A stretch of 64,000 nucleotides of DNA from Klebsormidium nitens (GCA_000708835.1 DF236962.1:124001-188000); one strand, 5' to 3'. Positions 36,473-51,400 are shown, numbered from the stretch's first letter. The notes: generated from the sequence alone by a model not told the origin. Numbers and translations are program-made.

Positions 36473-39400
36473 ATGTTGGGCAACGTTGAGCGATACGTGC
36501 TCACTCCGGTGAGGTGTTCCTCCATTTGCATCAGCAGAAGATGTAGCACAGTATGCTTGTCTCTGTTGATATATCTTGTGTGTTGTGTCGGTCTGCTTGT
36601 AGAATGGAGGTTTTAAAACTGTTGTGGAAGGACTGTTTAGCCACCTTTCGGTAAATGCCTCAAGTATACCACTTAAGGCCTTTGTTTCTTTAGACTAGCC
36701 TGTCTCAATTGCCTCATCGGTTGCTCCCATATTGCAGTTCCTCTCTTCTCTGGATGGCAATGTTAGCATCCTTCAAAGTTACAGATATAGCATATTGAAG
36801 GCCCCATTTGATGCAGCTTAGGCTTGAAGAAGCAAATACTTCAAGTATGGTGGTGCAGAAGCCTGATTCGTCGAATGCGTGGGCTTACGTGTCTGCAGGA
36901 AGGTCTGCGGCAAATGAATGATTTTTTGACTCAAAACACGAATAGTTTCATAAGCCACTGAGGTGGTTCAATGCCACCTCAGCGTTTAAGAGGCTCCCAA
37001 GATGCGCAACTCCTGTCGTTTACAGCATTTGTTAAGATGGTGCGATCAATATAGAAAAGGAAGTCAGGAACAGTCAAGTCTAGCTGGTGTAGGACTTGCG
37101 CATTCAGGTCCCGTGTCGTGTTACCATTATTCTTCCTACTGATTGTTTGATCGAGTGCTTTGCTCAGTAAACAATAAGCCCCTCTTCCCCACTTGCCAGG
37201 TGGTGCTCCGGTTTGCCCGCAAGTACATCAAAAATGTGGAGGGAGCCGCAGCAAGTGACCTGCAGGTCTCCTTGTCGGGGGGCTCGCTCGTCTTCCGCAA
37301 CTTCGAACTCAACCTTGAAGGTGCGTAAGGGCCTGGTCTGTATTCTGACAGTGCGTTGCAATAGCAGCGGACAGGGGGTGGCTTCAGAAGATTGCCCAAT
37401 GGATGCTAATAACATACAGAGTCAGGGACTTTAATCGTCAAAGGATGTGGTTTGGGACGTGAAGACGAGTTTGACGCCAAGATTTTGACTCCAATCAGTT
37501 GCTGTTCCTTGCAGCCCCGACCATTCAAACTTGACAGCTGTACGCGAGTCAGAGTCCGGTCTTACAGATTTCAAGGAACCAGAATGGCATGGAGCATCGT
37601 TATGGAAACAACGACAGTGCTTCTTCGGCCCAATCGAATCCTATGTGACAGTTCTTCACCCATTACTTCTGAAGTTGACTGTAGAAAGTACCGTTGTGTG
37701 GTTAAGTTGACCATCTCTAACCACCTGTCAACATGAACGAGCTCTAACTAGCTCGGATGTTTCTACAAGAGCTCTTGAGGACCTATGATGTTCCTAATTC
37801 ATAATATATTAAGTTAGTTGGAATCGGCCTTGAATAGACCCAGCATACTTCTGGCTCTTCTTTCATGGATTATTATGACGTTGACCCGTTCTAACCAGAC
37901 CCTAACCCCGCAGAGGTCGTGAAGAACCTGCCCTGCTCGGTGGTGCGCACATTCGCCCGTGAGCTTCAGATCAAGATTCCTTGGACCAGGCTCGCGACCG
38001 ACCCCATCGAAATCGTCCTCGACACTGTGGAATGCGTCTTTGCAAAGGGCAAGGGGCCTCGGCCCGCTCCAGGAGAGTCGTCTGAGAAGGAGGCTGCGGA
38101 ACAGGAAGCGAGCAAGGGCGACGATGCCGATCCTGGTTAGTTTCTCAAAGATTTTGGGTTGTTTGTCTGCTGCTCCAGAGACAAGAAAGTTCTACCGCAT
38201 TGTCCGGCTCTGGCCGCTTTCCGAATTGAATTAAGACCATGTGCAGACAAATAAGCATTGCCACCTACTTGCGGAAAGTGCTTTCTTTACTGATATATAT
38301 TTTATTTCATGGCAAAAAAGGAGGGTTAAATGTAGGGGCTGTCTGTGGCTTCGAGATTGCTTCCACGAGCCTGAGCTGCTTGCAACGTGACTTGTCTAGC
38401 TTGTTCAAAAATTAGTCCCTCGTTCTTCGTGCTTGTTTTGAAATCTTCGAAGTTGCAGATGCAGTCCAAGTATGCTGTCCCCGGGCATTGACTGACTGCC
38501 TACTCCTCTCTTTCAGGCGATCACGAGGCTTATTCGCAGACCTGGGTCGGCTCCCTGCTCCAGTCCGCGCTCGCCAACGTCACTGTCCGCGTCAAGAACT
38601 CCGTCATCAAATACATCGCCGACGGGGCGGTGGCCACTGTCTCGGTCGAATCCGCGGTCGCGTACTCGGCCGGGAAAGACTGGCAGCCGATCACCGATCC
38701 GCTTCTCGGACTGCGCCGCGTGTGCGCTCTCAACAACATCTCGGTGTGTCTGGACGAGTTGGATTCGTTCGGGCGGGTCGCAGAGTACCAGGAGGCCCTG
38801 CTGAAGGAGCGGTTGGTGAGCGTGCGGCTGTCTCTGGTGCCAGCACGGGGGGGAAACAAGGCCCGGCGATGCGAAGCGGAAGTGATCGTCGGCCCACTCG
38901 ATGCCTCCGTGAGCAATTCCCAGTTGGACCAGATCCGCCGGATCGTGAGTGGGTTCCGGAGCGGGGCAGGGGAGGTGCGGGGCAGAGAGCAAAACGTAAC
39001 AGAGGGGGAAGAGGCGAAGAGAAGAGAGATTGACGGAAATTTAGTAGAGGCGTCACAGGTTGCTCGAGATGACGGGGATGAGAGCGGTATCCAAAGGAAA
39101 GGACTGGATGGCGAGAACTCGAGGAGTACTGGTCTAGTTTCGAGTGGGGACAGGCTATCTCCACCTGAGTCGGAGGGCTCCACCGGTGATGACTTGGACG
39201 GACGGAATGTCGACGAGCGGACTGCGGACGGAGCCGGACACGAGCCCCTCAAAAGCAACGCGCTGGTGCAGGCCGCCGCAGCAGGGTGGCGCCCCATNNN
39301 NNNNNNNNNNNNNNNNNNNNNNNNNNNNNNNNNNNNNNNNNNNNNNNNNNNNNNNNNNNNNNNNNNNNNNNNNNNNNNNNNNNNNNNNNNNNNNNNNNNN

Positions 39401-42400
39401 NNNNNNNNNNNNNNNNNNNNNNNNNNNNNNNNNNNNNNNNNNNNNNNNNNNNNNNNNNNNNNNNNNNNNNNNNNNNNNNNNNNNNNNNNNNNNNNNNNNN
39501 NNNNNNNNNNNNNNNNNNNNNNNNNNNNNNNNNNNNNNNNNNNNNNNNNNNNNNNNNNNNNNNNNNNNNNNNNNNNNNNNNNNNNNNNNNNNNNNNNNNN
39601 NNNNNNNNNNNNNNNNNNNNNNNNNNNNNNNNNNNNNNNNNNNNNNNNNNNNNNNNNNNNNNNNNNNNNNNNNNNNNNNNNNNNNNNNNNNNNNNNNNNN
39701 NNNNNNNNNNNNNNNNNNNNNNNNNNNNNNNNNNNNNNNNNNNNNNNNNNNNNNNNNNNNNNNNNNNNNNNNNNNNNNNNNNNNNNNNNNNNNNNNNNNN
39801 NNNNNNNNNNNNNNNNNNNNNNNNNNNNNNNNNNNNNNNNNNNNNNNNNNNNNNNNNNNNNNNNNNNNNNNNNNGGCTGGGCGTGGAACTTTTTGGCCAA
39901 TGAGGAGGCGACAGCTGGCGCGGCCGAAGCGGCGGCGCAGCGAAGGGAGGCGCTTCAGCAGATGGAAGAAGAAGCTGACGTGTTGGGTCTCCTCGGTTCG
40001 GGGGGGCCGCTCGACCTGGCGTTCCGGTTGAAGCTTACCGGGGGGGAGGTGAAGCTGCGCCACGTGCCCCCCCCTGAAGTGAAAAAGGGACCGGTCCGGC
40101 ATTCGAGCGCCGGGGGGAGTGCGTCTGAAGATGGTGGAGTGTCCGAGAAAGATGACGACAGCACTACGGTGGTGGACAAGGCCGTGATAGAGCAGACTCT
40201 CAGCCCCCCCGCCGCGGGCGTATTCATCCCGACCCCGGACCTCTTCTCGAGCCTTCCGGACGTCCGCAGCCCGCGCTTTCGGAATTCTGAATCCGGCGCT
40301 AAGGCCCAGTTTGCGGTCCTGGCCTGGGGAGGGCTCTCGGTGGATGCTGACGTGGCACAGGAGGCCCTGCAATCGGTTAGCGCTCGGTTAGACTGGGCGC
40401 GGGTTACGAAGCCCGGTGCGGTGGCAAACGAGGGCCCTTCGGACGTGTTGCTAGCGATTCTGCCCGACCGGGATGGGGGCCAATTCGCTGCGCGACGGCA
40501 GCTCTCTTTTCCGGGGAGTCCCGTCTCAGACTTCGGTACAGATGCTGCATCCCAAGCTTCTAGACTGAGCGCGCAGGTCGAAAAGTCCCGGGCTACCGAG
40601 GCGCAGCAACCGACTCCCTCCGGTGCGACCAAGTTCCGTTCCGCTTCCTCCAGCCTCGCTTCGCCCCAACTCGCAACCCCCTCGGCGAAGTCACCTTCCG
40701 ACGAGGCTACGTCCCCCGAGCGGAAGGCCCTGCAAATCACGTGGCAGAGCGAGGAACGTCCCATAGATTCGGGCGAAGCAGGAAACGACAAGGCCCCGAA
40801 GCTACAGGCTTTGGTGGGACACGTGGCAGTCGCCTACAGGCCGGGGCTCGTGGCTGGCCTGAAGAGCTTCATGCAGAGCGGGCGGGACGGAATGGAAGCG
40901 GCTGACGTCATCGTCGGCCAGGATGACGGTGATGGCTTGGAGAAAGGGGGAAAGGCTGGTAGCAGTGGACACGTCAGCGAGGCGGAGAGATTGGCCCCCG
41001 GGTGGTACTCGGAGGCGGCCAATCAGGTGGTAGATGAAACCCCCTCAGGGGATAACGGTGAAATCGGTGAACTTTCCTTCTTAGCACGGGTCCGTGAGAG
41101 GGTGTCCGCTTTGCCGGCCTTTGAGGTCTCGGTCGAAACTTGCGAGTTGGCGGCGCTTGGCGCGGAATCGGAAAGTGGCCCGCCGGCAGTGGTGCTGAGT
41201 TCCGGACAATTGGAGTGTCGTCTTTCGGACCTTCTGGACGGTGCCAAAGAAGGGGAGGGAGGCGGGGCACGGGCGTTCGAGGTGGTTTTGCGAGAAGTGA
41301 AAGCGGATGCGGTTCCAGACTGGGCGCGTCAGCAGGTAAGAATAGTCCCCGTCCTGCATCGGCGCCTTCAATACGACTTGCAGGCTTTGTGTTGGTGTTG
41401 CCTTCGACTTACCTGTCTGCCTGCATTATCTTTGATTCACCTTCACGCTGTACCTATGGAGGCGATTAACTGGCTCACAAGCCTCGCAGAATGTCAAAGC
41501 CTTATGTGGTTCTTCAGGACTTTGGAATGAGATATAGACCTTAGAGCATTCTTGGAACTTCGTCAAGCAATTTTTTCGCCTAGTCTTCTTCGCGTTCGTA
41601 GGTTGGGTCAATTCAGGACTGCCCAGTATGTCCGAGGCTCCTGCAATTCCTTGCTTTTCCAGATATTGGTGCGAACGCCTCTTTCAAGGCAGACTTCTCA
41701 TTCCGCAAAAGGACCAGGTACTTATGAAACCGAATCTGCGACCAGCGCTAACCTCGCCAGACTTCCTTGCAGGAGTGCACTCAGATCTTGGACCCCACGA
41801 CTCTCTCGTGCTCGCTCTCTCTGCCCGGGTCACCACCCGGACCGACTTCGCCTACAACGCCGAACACTACTGTATCCTCCAACCGGTTCCGATTTCAATT
41901 GGGTGGCCCCGACTGCCGCTTGCTCGCACGGGTCGCAGACTCGACCCTCCACGACCTGACCGGGAAACAGCTCCCGGTGCAATTGCCCAAGGAAGCTTTT
42001 CACCAAGGTGAGGTTTATAGACGTCGGGAAGGACATCAGAGGAGCGGCCCACCTTCGATGTGAAGAATAGAGGAAGAACAGCCGTCAAGACCCTTCTTTT
42101 GGTGCCACGTTTTCGTTGGTGGCAACCGAAGATTGCTGGCGCTGCCTCGCAACATGGTGCCAATACCCTTTCACAGTTCCAATCACTTGTTCTGGACTTT
42201 TCTGGACAAGGAGTTTCGTCAAATTTTTCACCTTCGAAAGGAGCTTTCTTTAATGACTGTTTAAAAGGCAAGTGCTTTGAGAGAGGGAAAATGCACGAGA
42301 AAGGACGATGCCCCCTGATCGTCATCCGTAATATGCTTTTGTTCTTTCTGCAGGGACGTGGCTGGCAGTGGGGTGGACCGGCGCTTCCCTGACTGCCCAC

Positions 42401-45400
42401 GAAAGCGGTAACGAGGCGTTAGCGCTTGCTTTCCAAGCGGTGGAAGCAGAGGCGCTGGGCTCCAAGTACGCCACTCCCTTAACTTCTCCGCATCCGGCTC
42501 ATTCTGTGGACGCTAGAAATTGTTTACGAATTGAAGTCGGGGGCGGGCTTGGTTGTGCTCGGACAACGGGCAAGCTATGTAGGGATCGAGCACAGTTTCG
42601 CTGACAGCTCCGGTAATCCATCTTAAGAGGCCGTGGACAAGTTGGTTTTCAAAGAATCCCTGGCTGTTTTGGCGACTTGAAATTAACCGGAGGTGCGACT
42701 TGTATGTAAGGGTGGACCCGAGCATTCTGCGTAGTCACTACAGAAAAGCTTTCCATTGTGCGGAGTTTGGTGATGTATCGATTCACTTTCCAGGCCATCG
42801 ATCAAAGCTGATTGTGTCGTTCAAGAGCTATGCCGTTGGCGGAGTCAGGAGCGATGTGGGTTTGCGAAGGCATCTTGCGACAAGCCACCGGTTGCCGCTT
42901 GCGCGCTTACAACTCCCTTCAGCGCAGAACTTGAGTTGGAAGGCTTCTTTCTACCATCAACGTGCAGCTTTCCAAGTTTTCCTGCCAAAGAAGGACAAAA
43001 TTTGACGAAGAGAACATTTGAACTTTCCAGAAACGAAGTTTTTTTGGGTATCATTGGGGAACAACTGAACGGTCCAGCCAAAGCAGTCATGTAAAGCAAT
43101 TATTGATGCCATTTTCTTATGTAACCAATCTGGTTCTATGCTCCCGTGTCTCCACAGGCGCCTTCAATGCTGCCTTCTTTCTTTGCAGGTTATCCCTTTT
43201 CCCAAGAACTGGAGAGACTGACAGCATCCGAGTCACCATGACGTCAGCCGGAGGCGTCGACCGCCATTGTATAATAGCAGTAGGGCAAGTAGCGACAGTT
43301 GTAGACCTCCAGACCCTCCAAGCGCTCCGTGCTTTCCGCTCTGTTGACACCGCGGTCAGCAGCGGTAATCAGACAAAGACGGAGGCCACAGTTCCTAGTG
43401 TCAAGAGCCCCTCCCAAACCGAGGGGTCCATTGCCAGCCCCGCTCTATTCGGGCTGTTTGACACCGTCGCTTTAGACATCTCAAAGGTTCAGCTAAACAT
43501 CGCAAGCGCACGCAGCGAGAGCGAGGACAAGACGCCTCTTGTGATCGCTCCCACTTTCGCTTTGGCCAAAATCAGCCTCTCAATAAAAGGGTCAGCGAGC
43601 CACTCAGCCAGTCGGGAAACCTTTTCGCCTTCAGAAGTCGGTCGCTTGAACCACCGAGTGATCGTCACAAGCGTGACGTGGCGGGTGACGTCAGCGAGCG
43701 CGCGGCTGTTGTGTCTCAGCGGAGGCACGCCAGTCGACCTGGGGGCGCCGCTGCTGCACGTTGCTGACGTCAGCGGGAGCATCGAGCACGAAGAGTGGCG
43801 GGACAGCGCGCACGTGGCGCACAGTAAAAAGGTGAGGGCGGTAGCGCATCAGCTCTGGACCGGATTGCAAGCTCAGGATTTTGGCTTTGGAAAGACCCTT
43901 TGTGTTTTGCGAAGTCGTGCTTTCGAGGACCTCCAGCCTGACCTGCAAAATCATCTATGATGCTCATCTACGTCATCTGCACTATGACCAGCCTTGATGT
44001 CCCACGTTGAGGCCTCTGCTCAGTAGAAAATCCAGCTGACGAGCTAGACTCCGGCCTCTCGACTGACCCTTTTGATTTGTACAAGAGCATCAGATTGACA
44101 TGCTTGGATCGATGGATTGTGCAGGCAAGCGTGCTGCGGATAAGGGCCCTCAGCGGAGGCCTCACCCGCCAGCAACACGTGGCGCTGCTCCTCTTCCTCA
44201 AGGGCGCCTCCTCGAGCCACGTGTTACCTGAAGCGTCAGGCCACGTGGGCAGCGACTCTGCGGCCCCTGCTTCGGCGACAGCCCCTCCGAGTGCCACGTG
44301 TCGGATGGAGTCGAGGTCGCGGGTCGAGATCGACGGTCTGGAATTGAAGTTGGGGCTGTGGAAGGACAGGGGAGATGTGCTTTGGCCGGAGGCAGTGCAC
44401 GGGGACAGCTCGGTGCTGCGGATCGTCGCAACTGCTTTCAGAATAGAGGACGTTGAGACGCTTAGTATACGGGACCGCCCCTCGCCCCAATCCTCGTCCA
44501 CTGCTCCGGAATCCGCTCCTCGAGACTCGATTCCGCCGGACTCCGCTCGTTTGCATTCTGGTGCGCACGTGAGACCGGCGCTCCTCGAGAAAGATAGAAC
44601 GGTTACGTTGGTGACGGGCGATCTCAAAGTGCTCCTAGACCGGCGTGCTAGTCAGAACGACTCAGTAGAAGATACTCTAATTGCCACTGAGAATCCTGCG
44701 TTCGTTCATGCGATCCTTGAGCGCCGCCCCGGGAAAGGGCCGCCCGTCGAGGTGACGTGGCGCAGCAAAGGGGAGCAGCCCGGCAAGCTGGAGCTGAGCC
44801 TGGCGGAACTAGACTGGAGGCTCGATGCGCAACTGATCCAGGAGGTGAGGGTCGCGGTAGATATGATGACATCCTCAAGCGCTGTTGCTTTTGGAAGAAC
44901 GTCAGTGGTCCTCTTCTTTCAAGTCTCCGGTGGGCAGGACGAGTCGCTCTGTGGATCGTGAGCGGTCAGGTCGTTTTGTACGGTCACCTTTGCTGTTCTT
45001 AAGAGCTCTTTTGGTCACGAAGGAAAGGTCTGGGGCAGGTTCTAAGGGGCAGGTTCCGATTTTTTAGAACCAAGCACGTGCCTATGCAACACCCTGAGCG
45101 GATGGCTAACACTCATGATTCATTGATTGAAAACCACGGTTCGAGGTTTCTGTTGACGATTTTGTCATCTCACTGCTTGTTGTCTCAGACAATGTCTCGG
45201 ACAATGTCTGACGTCCGTTGCGCCGTTTCGAAGCGAATCCATACAATTTGATCCGTTTGGAGAATTTCGGTGGGGGCCTGCCTACTTTTACTCACACCCC
45301 GCTCTCACCATAGCCTGCAGATTGTCTGCTTTCGCTGACCTATCTGCCCTTGGGCAGGCCCGTTCGACAGTCCTACAAACTCCCTTGGATCCGTTTGCAG

Positions 45401-48400
45401 AGGCGACCAACTAATCACCTTCCGGAAACGCTGTACTACAATTAAAACCTCCCTGCTTGTCTCTCCGTTCATCACTCTCGCCTACGAACGCCGCAAGCAC
45501 TCTTTTTTGGACTCGTTTGCAGAGGCGACCATCGAAATACCTTCGTACTGTAATCTCAACCTTTCTTGCTTGTCTCTCCCCTCCAGTTCATCACCTTCGC
45601 CTACGAACGCCGCAAGCACTTCCCCAACCCGGGCGGACCGGACGTCCTCCCCGCCATCCCGACCGTCCGAATCATTACCGGCGCCTACCGCTGCCACGTT
45701 CTCTCCTCCCTCGAAGCCTTCCACGTGGCAGGCCCCAACGTCTCGAGCCGGGGTATTCACACCCCCGCCTTCGGTGCCCTACTCTTCAGCGAGAGCAGCG
45801 TGACACTTGTCAGTCCATCAGTCGATCCGGACGTCCGGCAGTGGGCGGGCGTACACGACTCGTCCGAACCCCTGAATCCTTCCACGGAAGCACGTGCCCT
45901 GGAGCTCGACTTCTCGCTACTGGGTTTCGGCCTTTCTCTGGTGGAGTCCCCGGTTGCGAGTGTCGCCCAAACTCACCCCCAAAATGTCACCCAAAGCTTA
46001 CCCCAAGAACAAACGTTCCAAACCCTCTCACAGAACCCGCTAACGACCAACCAAACCCCCCCAAAACCTCCTCCAAACCCCGTCCAAACCGCCCTCCCGT
46101 TTCTCCTTCCCCGGGACCTACGACTCGGTCTTACTATAGTGGGCTGCCCCTTCCCGCTCTCCCTCAGACTCGACACCCGCCGCTTAGAGCTGGCGGCCTG
46201 CGGGGAGCGACTCTCCGTTTTACAGGGCCTCTTTGGGTCACTCCTTGGGGGGTGGAGCGCGACCTGGCCGCTGAGGCAACGGTGCGCGGGCCCTGTTTTG
46301 CCCGCGGACGACCTGCGGTGTGGGCTGTTCAAGAAGGCAAGGGGAGACACGATGGCGCTGCCAGGGCCCGGCGAAGTGGGGTGGGGGGACGGGGCGGAAG
46401 AGGGCTGGATCGCTTGGAGGTGAGGAACCGGGATCTGCAGTAAGCACCCTTTGCGGCGTCGCTTTGATCGGTTGATGAGGTTGTGGTCGATTACCGACCG
46501 CAGTCGGACTTCAAGGCGAGTTTGCTCCTGAGTCGCCCAGAGAACTCCAGGTCGATAAGCGTTGACTGATGTTCTGTCGTTTGGAAACCCTACGAGGCTG
46601 GTAATGTCTTAATTGGGATATTTCTTGCTTGCGGTTGCACCAGACTCTCAGCAAGCTCTCTTGGCTTGCACACACATCCAGTTGTTGGAGGCTAAGCTGA
46701 CCTTGCAATCTGGTGCTGGTGCACATGCCAGCAGTAACGACGGCAGCTTGATTTCGCTTGACACATCTTGTCATAAGCCCAACCTTATCAACCGAGAGTG
46801 TATTGCAAGCAAGTCGAATCGGTCGCTTCTTTAATCTTCTATAGGCCATCTTCCATCTAAAGTGCGTTAGGAACAGCATCCAAACCCTTAACGCCGAAAA
46901 GCCGTGTCCGCCGCAACAGAGTTGGACCAGAACTTGCGAGCGCCAAGGAGTCTGTTGGTGACAGCTGTTCCAACTCTGCTCAACGTGCTTAACTTGATCC
47001 AATCCGTCACCGACTGCAGCCTGACAAGTTACGGCCTAACTGTGTTGCAGTTACCCCTACCCCGGAGCGGTCGGGCAAATCTTGGTCGACCTGCGGACCC
47101 TATCTTCAAGCGCCCCCCCGCTTATGTTCCGAGTCAGCTACCAGGCACAGCCAGCGAATCCTTCTACCCCCCCTGCGAGCGCAGAGGACTTCCAATGGAT
47201 CAACTGTGCAACAGCCACGTCAGCAGATGCAGCTGCCACGTCAGCGGGGGGTTTCCTGCTCATTACAACCGGCTCAGACGTCGAAGCAGTATGTTGGCGC
47301 CTCTCCTGGCTTTCAGCAACCGGGAACCCGGGGACCGCTGATCGGGACCTCACAGACCTCTCTCGGGGGGTACTGATTGCCCCTGAAAAGAACCCCCGTA
47401 GCTTGAACCCGCCTTCTCCCGGCTACTCAGGCTCTCCCTCTAGTGCTCACTCCTCCCCTGAGTTTCATAACCTCTCTTCCACCAACCATGAAACAAGCGC
47501 CCGGGCGAGACTCCCCCGGGCAGTCGACATGCTGCGCCAAGTCCAGGTTAACCCGACCGGTTCTCCGGCCAATTCGTGTCCGGTTCCCTCTCTCCCAGTG
47601 CTGGCGCCGCTTACAATCGAGCTGACGGCCGACTCGTTTGAGCTCGGGCTTCTTCACCGGGCACAAGACGGGGAAGACGAGGAGCGGGGGGCGTTGTCAA
47701 TCCGAGGGCTGAGGCTGGGCTATCATTGGTGGGCCTCGACTGCCATGACACTGGCGGTGGTCGGGGAGTGGGCGGGGGAGTATGTGGACACAGCGTGCCA
47801 GACCTACGTAAGACAATCGTTTCCTACAACCTTTTCTACGAATCGCGCAAGTAGCAGTTTCGATCGAGCTTTTGTGTGTATCAGATCGGGCGTTTGACCG
47901 TCAACTACAGCGAACGTATTGCAGCGCTGGTTTGCACTCCCTTCCTGCTGAAGGCAGGGTAGCTACATTCCTCTGTGCATAAGACCCTTCCGTGCGGGTT
48001 TTACGGGCTGACATGTGGGGTTGCCCATTTATGTCTCCCCTTACATTTAGTCCATGATAGTGTCACAACTAATAGACTTCAATGATGCTGAAGGATGGGA
48101 GTTTGCTGGAGGACTTGACATATCCTGTTCTGAGCTTGCGCCGAGCAAAGCGCTAAGTGCGTAGTTGCGTACACGTTGTCGAAAATACTCGGGTCTGCTT
48201 CCCGTATTCGCGGTTCCCTTTGACTGGGACGGCGGTCGATAACTGAGGGAGGGAGGAGCCTCGGACCAGGTTTGTCCGGTTGTCAGAATCCCTCGGTTTT
48301 CCGCTTCCTAGCAGCCCGTTTAGAAACTCCCTTCTGCTTATGCAGGAGCGGCTAGTGGAGCCTGTGGAATGCGCCCTCGTCGCCGACATCTGCTCGGTCT

Positions 48401-51400
48401 TGCTTCCCGGAACCCCTCTGGATGCCGCTGACCCCGCCCCCAAGACTCCAGCTTCTGCTGCCCCCCTTTTGGAAGGCCTTCCGGTGGCGCATCCCCGCAA
48501 GCCCCCCGCCGGTGTGGGCTACTCTTTCGACGTTCGAACCGAAGGCGATGTCCGAGTAAGGTTACAGAAGTCCGGACTGGAAGAAGCGCAGCGGCGCTGG
48601 GGGAAGAAAGAAGTGGCCGGGGAAAGTTCCTCGGAGGTAGAAGGAGAGATTTCGGAGGGGACGGAAAGTCGGTCGGAAGAGGAGCGGATACAATTGGGGA
48701 AGGTCTCGGGTGCTGAGAAAGGAATGGAGGGAGACGCGAAACGCGGTGAAGACATGGCAACGGGCGAGTCTGGGGGCAACGTAACGGACAGAAGCCCTGC
48801 GATCGTGCTTAGAAACGAGTCCCCAGTTCCGCTCCACTTCGGCCAGCTCGACACTAACGAAGCGTTGCTCGTTCGCCCTGGGGGGGCTTATCCTTACAAT
48901 TGGGCAGACCCCCCTGTTCTTGTTCCGGGAGCCAAACGGAAACTGCGGGTCAGGATCGCAGCGCCCTCATATGTAGATCTCCGGGAAAGTGTGGGTCCGG
49001 CTAGTTTGTGGAGTGAAGCCTTTCGTCTGAAGGCGAGCGGTGGGTTGGAGAGGCGCGTAGTGATTGACGGTCGGGGAGTTGCCCCTCTGGTTTTGAAGAT
49101 AGGCAAGGGGCGAAGGGGGGAGTGGAACGTATCGGTCAGTCCGGGGCTGCAGTTCGTAAACAGAACAGCGGGAGTGTTGTCGATCAGGTACCGGGGTTTG
49201 CTGCCCAAGGAGGGGTCGGATCAGGCGGACCTAGAAAGCGGTGTGGAGCTTATGACCCCTCCTCAGGACCGCGAACCGTCGAATTGCGACCAGCTGAATG
49301 GCGCTGAGGAGATAGCAAGCACTCGCATTGGGGACAAGCCCCAGAGGCAGTCTTCCCAGGAAGAGTTTGCGAGCTACTGGCATGCGGGGGAGCGCATTCT
49401 CACCGTCCCGCCGAGCGGACGAACGGCCCCCGGCGTCGGAGTGCTTCTCGTGAACCCCTCCAGCGGCGACGTCAGCGGTGACGTCAGCGACGACGATTGC
49501 CACGTGGCGCCTTCCGTGAGCGTGCTTCTGGGCTCGACGGCAGAGCAAGAGGAGGCCCAATCGGAGGGCGCCATTTGGTCTCCCTGGCTCGGTTTGGATC
49601 CCGCTCCCCCGGGGGGGCAGGCGGTACAACTCTTGACGGTTGACACTCAGAGCACGCCCGTGAGAGGGGTGCAGAGGGGGCTTCCCTCGGTGTGGTGTCA
49701 GTTGGTGTCAAGCCCCGAGGGATGCTTAACCGTCACGATTTGGCCGCTGTTCATGGCGTACAATGGGCTCCACCGGAGCGTGGATCTTCGGGTTGGGGAG
49801 GAGGGTTTCGAGTCGGTTAGCGTGCGGGTTAACGAACAGGAAGAAGTCCCGCTGCGGGCCTTGACGTCGGGCGTGGATTCCGTCGCGTTCCGGCTCGCTG
49901 CGGAAAAGGAGACTGATCCGGGGCGGAATAGCAGCGGAAACCCTGGGGACTCCGCTTTGGAGCTTAGCCAAGAGCGCTTCGGTTTACTAGACGGGTCGGG
50001 TCTGCCTGGCACAGATATTGCCGCCACTGAGAAGGGGTGTGTGGGAGGGCAGAGCGGTTTGGACGCAGAAAGTGGGGTGTGGTCTGCTCCGTTGTTGCTG
50101 GCTTCCGTTTCGGGAGTGGGGGGGCCGCTCGAGAGCGGAATGGTGGGAGAGGAGTTCAGGATACCTTCGCTGGGGGCAGTGCGCCAGCTACTGCTGACTG
50201 GAGAGGACAAGGTGAGACTCTCTTTGCATGCTGGGAATTAAGGCGATGGGGATTGCTAAGGGTTGCCAACGGCTCTCTGCTTGTATATTTTTCACACAGT
50301 TTGGTTCAATTCCAAGTGATAAAGACTGAATGGCGCAATGGTGATGAATACGATTTGTGATCCGCTTGAGGAAGAGGCACAAAGAGATCAACAGATGCTT
50401 TCGAAGTCCTTGCAGTTACAATTCGACATCGGCTGGCGCCACATGGCGTGGAGCAGCTGGGCTGTGCACTGACTGTTGCTTGTACTTTGCTGGACTGGAA
50501 TCAAAGTTGCGATACGCACTCCTGCTTGCAGCGCTTTGCTGTTACCTGGTCGGAAGGCATCAGAATCCCAAAGCATAACAAAAGGACACTTGAAAGCCTT
50601 GTGCATTCACTACGCAAATCCGCATGCTTTTTGGACAGGAGCTGGGCTGCGTCCTGGCGTCCGAGCCTTTCTCCCCGGACGTCCCCACGGTTGTCCTCTC
50701 CCTCCTCCCATACGCCGTCCTCCACAACGCGACCCACCACCCCGTCTGTATCGCCGCTGTCAGCCCACGTGGCGAAACAACGCCCGTCGCGGTCGCTCAA
50801 CCGGAGGGACACGTGGCGTTCTCCTGGCCGTCCGCTTCTTCCAGCGGCCGGCCCCGCAGGGTTCGGAGGGCGAAGATTGGCCTCAGCTTTGATCTGAGCC
50901 AACGGGGGGGTGTTCTGAGTGAATCTTTGGGGGGGGATGCCGGGACAGAGGCGAGGGGGGGTGCGGAAGCAGAAGAGATTGGGCTGTCTGCGGGGGGGGC
51001 AGGCGGAGCGTTCGTGTGGTCGAGCCCGGTATCGTTGGATGAAGGGGGACTTCACGAGGGGTCCGTGTGGGTGCCGGCAGGGGATCTGGTGGCGGAGTGC
51101 TGCTTCCTCGTGCGGATTGAAAACGTCAGGTGAGCTTTAAAATCGGTTAGCCCCGTAAAGACTGATGACCCAATTCAGCATATTATAGCCGCTTTGAATT
51201 CTTATTCAAGCACGAGAGAATCTGAGTTGTCTTGAGTTCGGCTTGTGGAGCAGAATATTTCGTTTTCTTAAAGGTGGTCTTCCTTTCAGCAGCCAAATTG
51301 TTTGCTGTCACTGTATCACGTATCGCGTCAAGTCTGCCTCTAAAGGAAGTCCGCGTTCGAAGTGCTTTCATCGTCACTCCGAGTATCCATCAAAACACAT

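Noticed and set aside
38530-40372. Long minus-strand and alternative-frame ORFs across the second N gap
   Set aside because: Artefacts of the gap and of GC-rich VPS13 exon antisense.
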